NCBI GenBank assembly: GCA_030704615.1
Contig: CM060734.1
Location: 3,348,001-3,412,000 of the forward strand
Source: Takakia lepidozioides
Taxonomy: Eukaryota > Plantae > Bryophyta
DNA: 64,000 bases
Reading direction: 5' to 3'
The notes below the pieces were generated by a model that saw only the letters and a list, made by a program, of their open reading frames with translations, made no database searches and was not told the DNA's origin. The position numbers were made by a program, and so were the translations under genes. Positions 58,988-64,000 of this stretch are shown here, one piece after another (the stretch's first letter is position 1; each line of letters begins with the position of its first letter).

Positions 58988-61580
58988 GTCGCACCCCCCT
59001 TCAAGTCATAGTTACTCGCTTTGATGCGCACGCCTAACTCCCAAACTGGCCGCCGGGCCGACTCGGAGCTTCGGCTGCTCACCCGGACATAACGGTCCCC
59101 CTTGCTCCTCCACTAGACCCTCAAACTATCGGGCCTAGTGGAAATTCCCTTTGGTTATAGGCAGTCCGGAACAGCTTCCCACACTTTGGTCGCTCTCCAG
59201 CTCGCTTGCTTGTTCTCTAGCTTTCGGTCACTTAACGGGCTTGCACCATTCTCGGGGTTATTACTTCCTATATATACTTCTATAGGTGTCGGCGGGGGTC
59301 TCACAAACAACCAAGTCCTTTTATGGTGAACCACCACCAAGACCCTCGATTCCCTGTGATGAGTCGCAGTGAGTCTTGGCCCACCCACCACGGCCCCAAT
59401 GGACCGTGGTGAGCCCTAAGACTCCCCACGACTCCCACCACAAGGCCTCAGCCCCGTGGTGAGTCCTATGCCACCCCCACTACTACCGCCAGCCCACGTG
59501 GAGCCCCCCCACCGCAATCCGGTTTGCAGGGCTTAACCTAGTGAGCGCCTCCGCCTCCTTGAGTGCCTTTGGCACTCAAGGGTGCTTCAGCCCCCTTTCT
59601 TATTGTTGCAGCTGCCCCCACCCCCTCTTGTGTCCCGACCCCCCGCCCTCAAGGCAAAGAGCCGCGACACACACCCCTACCAACGAGGAGTCGATGTCCC
59701 CATCGACTTGCCTTTTGTGGAGACTAAAATCCAAGTTGTGGCGTCCCACATCAAGGAGTTTGTTCCCGTGCCATGGCGTCCCATGGCAAAGAACCAAACC
59801 CCCACTTGACTCTTACTCCCCACTAGCTAGTTCGGACGACTTCCCAAGTCACGGCCAATGGTGGAGCTTCCCAAGCTCCACCTAGTGCACTCTTCTTGGC
59901 CCTCTTCATGGCCAAGGTACAATCCTCCCTGAGGATTGAATCGCCTTACTGTAACAATATTTGCTTGCGACCGCTCATGATGCCGTTGTTGGGCATGACC
60001 TTGAGCAAAGGTTTGCCTTGAACCCCTTTGACTAGGAAGATAACCTTGGACTAGTTCGTGCGCCCCAACCACTACAATTGGGCCCGCCTTGAGATGTTGG
60101 CCTGAGGTACGGGAACATGCCGAAGTCGCACTAAGACTTCGTCCCGAGGTTACACAATTATAGTACATGAACGGAAGCACGTAGCTTCCGCGTTAGCCCG
60201 CACTACAAGGCAACCTCCTTGGTAGCACTCTTATAGTACGCACGCGCGCCAGATGCGCACTTAGCATGCAAACTCCCAAAGAAGGCGCAAGTTTCATTGC
60301 CCCTTAGATGGGAGTCACCCGATTTTGGCACTATGCAAACACACGACTTGTCCAATTTACCTCTCCCTACTTTAGTAAGCAAGCATGCATTCTACACACT
60401 AGCCCACCACACCATGCATCATCATTCCAAACAAAATATGAAACAACACATTTGGAAATGGTTTCTTTATAAACAAGATTTGTACAACACAAGTCTTTGC
60501 AATCGGATTCATGAGCTAGCTAAGCCGGACTATACATGCATTTCCTCCCCCACCATCTAAGGTTGATGTCCCCATCAACTCTTCTTCCGCTTTTGAGGTC
60601 GCCCTTCGAAAGCTGCAACCGCCTCGGGTGCGTTTTCAATTTCTGAGGCACGAACCCAAATTGCCTCCACTTGATAATAGCCTTTCCATTTCACGAGATA
60701 CTCTGTTTCTTGATTCTTGAACCTCATCAACTTAAGCACTGCCTCCACCTCGTACTCGGGTTCATTTTCATGATCCAACGGCACAGGTGGTGGACGCAAG
60801 ACTTGACGCCAAGTCGGACGTGGTTCATCTTTGAAGTACGGCTTCAAGACATGGAACACATGATGCACCTTGCTTGCATCTCCAATTCATAGACGTCCTC
60901 ATTCATAACCTTTCGAATGCAAAAGGGTCCCGCATACGGAGGTACAAACTTCGGACTCACTTCTGGAGGTAGTCGAAAATTCTTGATGTTCAACCAGACC
61001 TCCAGACTAGCTTCAAACTTAACTTCCCTCCGGGACTCCGATTTGTCTGCAATTTGTAGCGCTTTAGCCTTGGCGATGTTGGACTTTGCAAGCTCCAACA
61101 AAACGTTTGCGTTCCCCCAACACCACCATTGCCGCTGGAACCCTCTCACCATCCTCTTCGGTCCCATCCTTTGTCGCTTGGGCGGCCCAAATCGTAGGCA
61201 CCAAAGGTGCTTTCCCGTAGACCACTTGGAAGGAGGAAGCCCCCGTTGTGGAGTATTTTTTGCATTATTATAACAGAACTTTGTCGCATCCAAGTGATCC
61301 ACCCAGTCTGTTTGGTCCGTGAAACATAATTGCGCAAGAATTGCTTCACCACATAATTCACCCTTTCTGTTTGGCCATCTGCTGTAGGTCGGAAGGCCGT
61401 GCTCATTTTTAGCCTTGTTCCCATTTTCTTCCAAAGTGCTCTCCAAAACTTGCTTGTGAATTTTGTACTGCGATTTGAGATAATATCCTTCGGGAGTATG
61501 AAACTTAAAAACATGGACAAAGAAAATCTTCGTGTTGCCCTGGAAGTTCATGTTTTTTATTTTCTCTCTCAATATCATCT
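58988..61580 (-). mobile_element. Second chromovirus 3' end: integrase and chromodomain (60575-61580), PPT, LTR (58988-60540)
   Basis: STAFRPTADGQTERVN, PPYAGPF, EYEVEAVL..YLVKWKGY; PPT complement tttcctccccc at 60541; frameshifted. Confidence 0.9.
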
Positions 61581-61899
61581 ACTTTTGGAACGTTCGCCAA
61601 AAGGGACATGACACTCCACACAGTCTGAGATGCCATGTTGAAACTGAGCAAGGAACTGAATGGATCAAGCAGCCCAAGGTTGCCAAAGAAAATGAGTCAG
61701 CCTAAGATACAAGTGATGTATTGCCACCAGCCTGTGACGATCATGAAGGGCGGAAAACACAGGGCCAAGCGTTGGATAGGAGGCTATGAATCTGGAGGGA
61801 GGAACAATTGCCAGATATATTGGAGACATAGAGGTAATGCACATCTTGGCCTTTGGAAGAACCAGCCATCACATTTTCAGGAGCAAACGAAAGAGGCCA

Positions 61900-62520
61900 T
61901 GAACAGGGCTCAAGGTTACACTTTCTCCAAAGGAGAGGTGTTTTATGAAGGATTGCTGGTACCAGTGAAAGTCTAAAGGCGATTCCTGATCAATGACATA
62001 TACCAATGGGTGAGCCACTATGACATGCCAAGGATACAGGAAGAAATTCTTGGCAGGTACCTCTGGCACAACAGGACTTAAGACGTACAGATTGTGTTAC
62101 AAGAATGTGTGGAGAACCCATGAGTGGCAAGAAAATACCTAGGAAGAAAGTTCGTGATACGACCACCATGCTTTCCTGCAGTGCAGATATACTTCCGAAC
62201 GACCCTATGTGTGGCGGGACCATTATTTGAAACCCTGCAGGGAAACAAGTACATTTTCCTAGCCATTGATCACCACTCCCAATGGGTGGAGGCTATGGCT
62301 ACTTCAGAGTGCTCACCTTTGAGTGCGGCCAAGTTCCTGGAGGAGGAAGTTGTATCCAGGTTTGGGCACCCACGGTTTTTGTTTACCGATCAAGAGTTTG
62401 AGTGGCATGGGTGTTCAAGGAAATGTGTGAATGCATGGGTGTTTATCGTGGCATAAACACGCCCTTTTGGAACAAGAGCAATGAACAGGCTCGAAAAGGA
62501 GCAACAGATGCAAAGCTGGG
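61900..62520 (+). mobile_element. Degenerate Gypsy integrase fragment
   Basis: VAGPLFETLQGNKYIFLAIDHHSQWVEA..AAKFLEEEVVSRFGHP..TDQ. Confidence 0.8.
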
Positions 62521-62619
62521 AATCATCAACCTGAGCATTGGCGATGGTGGTTGCGGTGCTCGTTGCGATGGTGGTTTTCATTCCGATGTTGGTTCTCACG
62601 ATTTTTGGGGATGACAGAG

Positions 62620-64000
62620 TGACGACGAGCCCCCGAGACGACTTCATCCAACGGGCCTCGGATGGAAATTTGGCGTCGTTTTTTCATCAGGGGGATGTTC
62701 TCTCTCGGCCAGGTGTCGGCCTCTCCCCCCGAAACGACTTCATCCAACGGACCTCGGATAGAAATTCGGCGCCATTTTTCCATCCAGGTGATGTTCTCTA
62801 TCGGCCAGGTGACCGACTCACCCTCGAGACGAAATCGTCCGACCGGCCTCGGATGCAAATTCGGCGCAGCTGTTGTATGTTGACTTTTGGCGGCGAGGTT
62901 CTGGCACTCAATCTTAATCAGACCCCCACTGGAATGCCACCTCTGTCAGTTCCCTCTGTCCATGGGGAAGGTGCTTGCACGCTCCCGCCCCCACGCTTCT
63001 TGTCAGACGCCGTAATGATTGGTTTGCGCAGCGCATCTGCACAGGTCATATACCTTCTGACTGCATACCGTTGGCAGTTATTGCACAAAGGCCAGGGGCC
63101 GCATTCCGCAGACAAGGTTCATTAACTCTCTGACAGTGGATTTTCAGGAGAGTGGGCTCCCCGGATTTGTGAATAGGCTTCGTCACTTGCAAAAATCGGC
63201 CCTGCATTCCTTCCCCTCGCTGCATCCCCCCTTCTCCCAGGGCGCTTGTCCGAACGCCGTTCTGGCAGTCTTGTGTGCACAACTCCCATGGCAGAAAACC
63301 CGAGCGCTATAGTGTACTGCCCTCCTCACGAGCATAGAGCTACATTTCCGTGCAGAGGGGAGATCTGTCGGGTGATGGAGAAATATCTCTACGTTCGATA
63401 CCACCTGAAACCGGGGTCGGTATTTTTGGAGGAGGAAATGAAGGATTCAAACGGAGTTGTAGTCGAAAATATTGTTGTGCTCCACGATGATTTCGGCGAC
63501 GGCAGGGAATGGCGAGTTCCACCATCGGACAGCGTCATATACAGGGCTGTTGGGGACTTCATTTGCCCCCCAAATGCGCCTTCTATCCTGCCGCCTTCCA
63601 CGAAACAATCCGCGAATCAGAGAGTGGGTACCTCAAAGAGAGAAGTCCGCAACGAAGTACATCCAGAGCCGAACCCATCAATGAAGACGAGCGAGAACCG
63701 GGTTGTTCACAACCTGTCTGACTCCGACGAGATCATGGAAGTTCCGAGATCATCCTGGAGATCAGGCAAGTCCTCAATGGACATCAGCGGACGAGGGAGT
63801 CATATTCCCAGCAAGAACACAACAGTTCGATCCATTCTTGAAATTCTGCGAGGGCTTCACACGGAGGGACACCGCTCGGAGCTGGCTGGACTGGACTACA
63901 GCAAGTTCGCCATTAAATCCATTACATGCCTTCCCGCAAACGTCGACGGTAATATGTTCTTTGAGTTCCCTCCTCGAACGGACTATTCGAGGGCGTCTGG
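62620..64000 (+). mobile_element. MULE family B, transposase-side segment (palindromes followed by the transposase 5' end)
   Basis: 62620-62870 resembles the reverse complement of the 24420-24560 unit and is followed by the transposase ORF. Confidence 0.75.
63288..64000 (+). CDS. Family B MULE transposase N-terminus; open to the window end and absent from the ORF track
   Basis: MAENPSAIVYC..EKYLYVRYHLKPGSVFLEEEMKDSNGVVVENIVVLHDDFGDGREWRVP..VRSILEILR..SELAGLDY..LPANVDGNMFFEFP aligns to family A EQYLCVKFGLRPGTVFLEEETKDAYG..ENVVILH..EWRLP and VRSVIDILR..LDY..LPEVVDGNAIYEFP. Confidence 0.82.
   Translation, partial: MAENPSAIVYCPPHEHRATFPCRGEICRVMEKYLYVRYHLKPGSVFLEEEMKDSNGVVVENIVVLHDDFGDGREWRVPPSDSVIYRAVGDFICPPNAPSILPPSTKQSANQRVGTSKREVRNEVHPEPNPSMKTSENRVVHNLSDSDEIMEVPRSSWRSGKSSMDISGRGSHIPSKNTTVRSILEILRGLHTEGHRSELAGLDYSKFAIKSITCLPANVDGNMFFEFPPRTDYSRAS

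Overview
Repeat-dense eukaryotic DNA, most likely from a seed-free land plant (inferred from PPR and DRM fragments, spliceosomal introns and a Chlamys/Naiad-type Penelope RT). There is no clearly intact host gene, and there is a 500-N gap at 50334-50833. The dominant feature is a large Mutator-like (MULE) DNA transposon present as two diverged families: family A at ~10830-22183 and family B pieces at 24360-28685, ~31540-31676, 40876-44345, 44832-50333 and 62620->64000. Family A shows the full layout, and the family B pieces match it. One arm carries a transposase gene (Cys/His GCM/WRKY-like region, MULE DDE core, SWIM-like finger). The other carries a divergently transcribed, intron-containing cargo gene encoding a ParB/Srx-like domain (DGNHR) joined to a beta-class N6A/N4C DNA amino-methyltransferase fold. 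The intergenic region, introns and subterminal region contain many family-specific 24-30 bp palindromes centred on GGCGCC. This ParB-MTase plus palindrome-array transposon is the candidate novel system; it may be a self-marking or anti-silencing module, by analogy to VANDAL/VANC and to ParB/parS. All cargo-gene copies here are disrupted. Also present are a 5'-truncated Penelope-like RT, Copia and several Gypsy fragments (two chromovirus 3' ends with LTRs), a DRM methyltransferase pseudogene fragment, a PPR fragment, a 1-kb tandem repeat and several other palindrome arrays. All domain calls are by-eye motif recognition with no database search; most boundaries are approximate.
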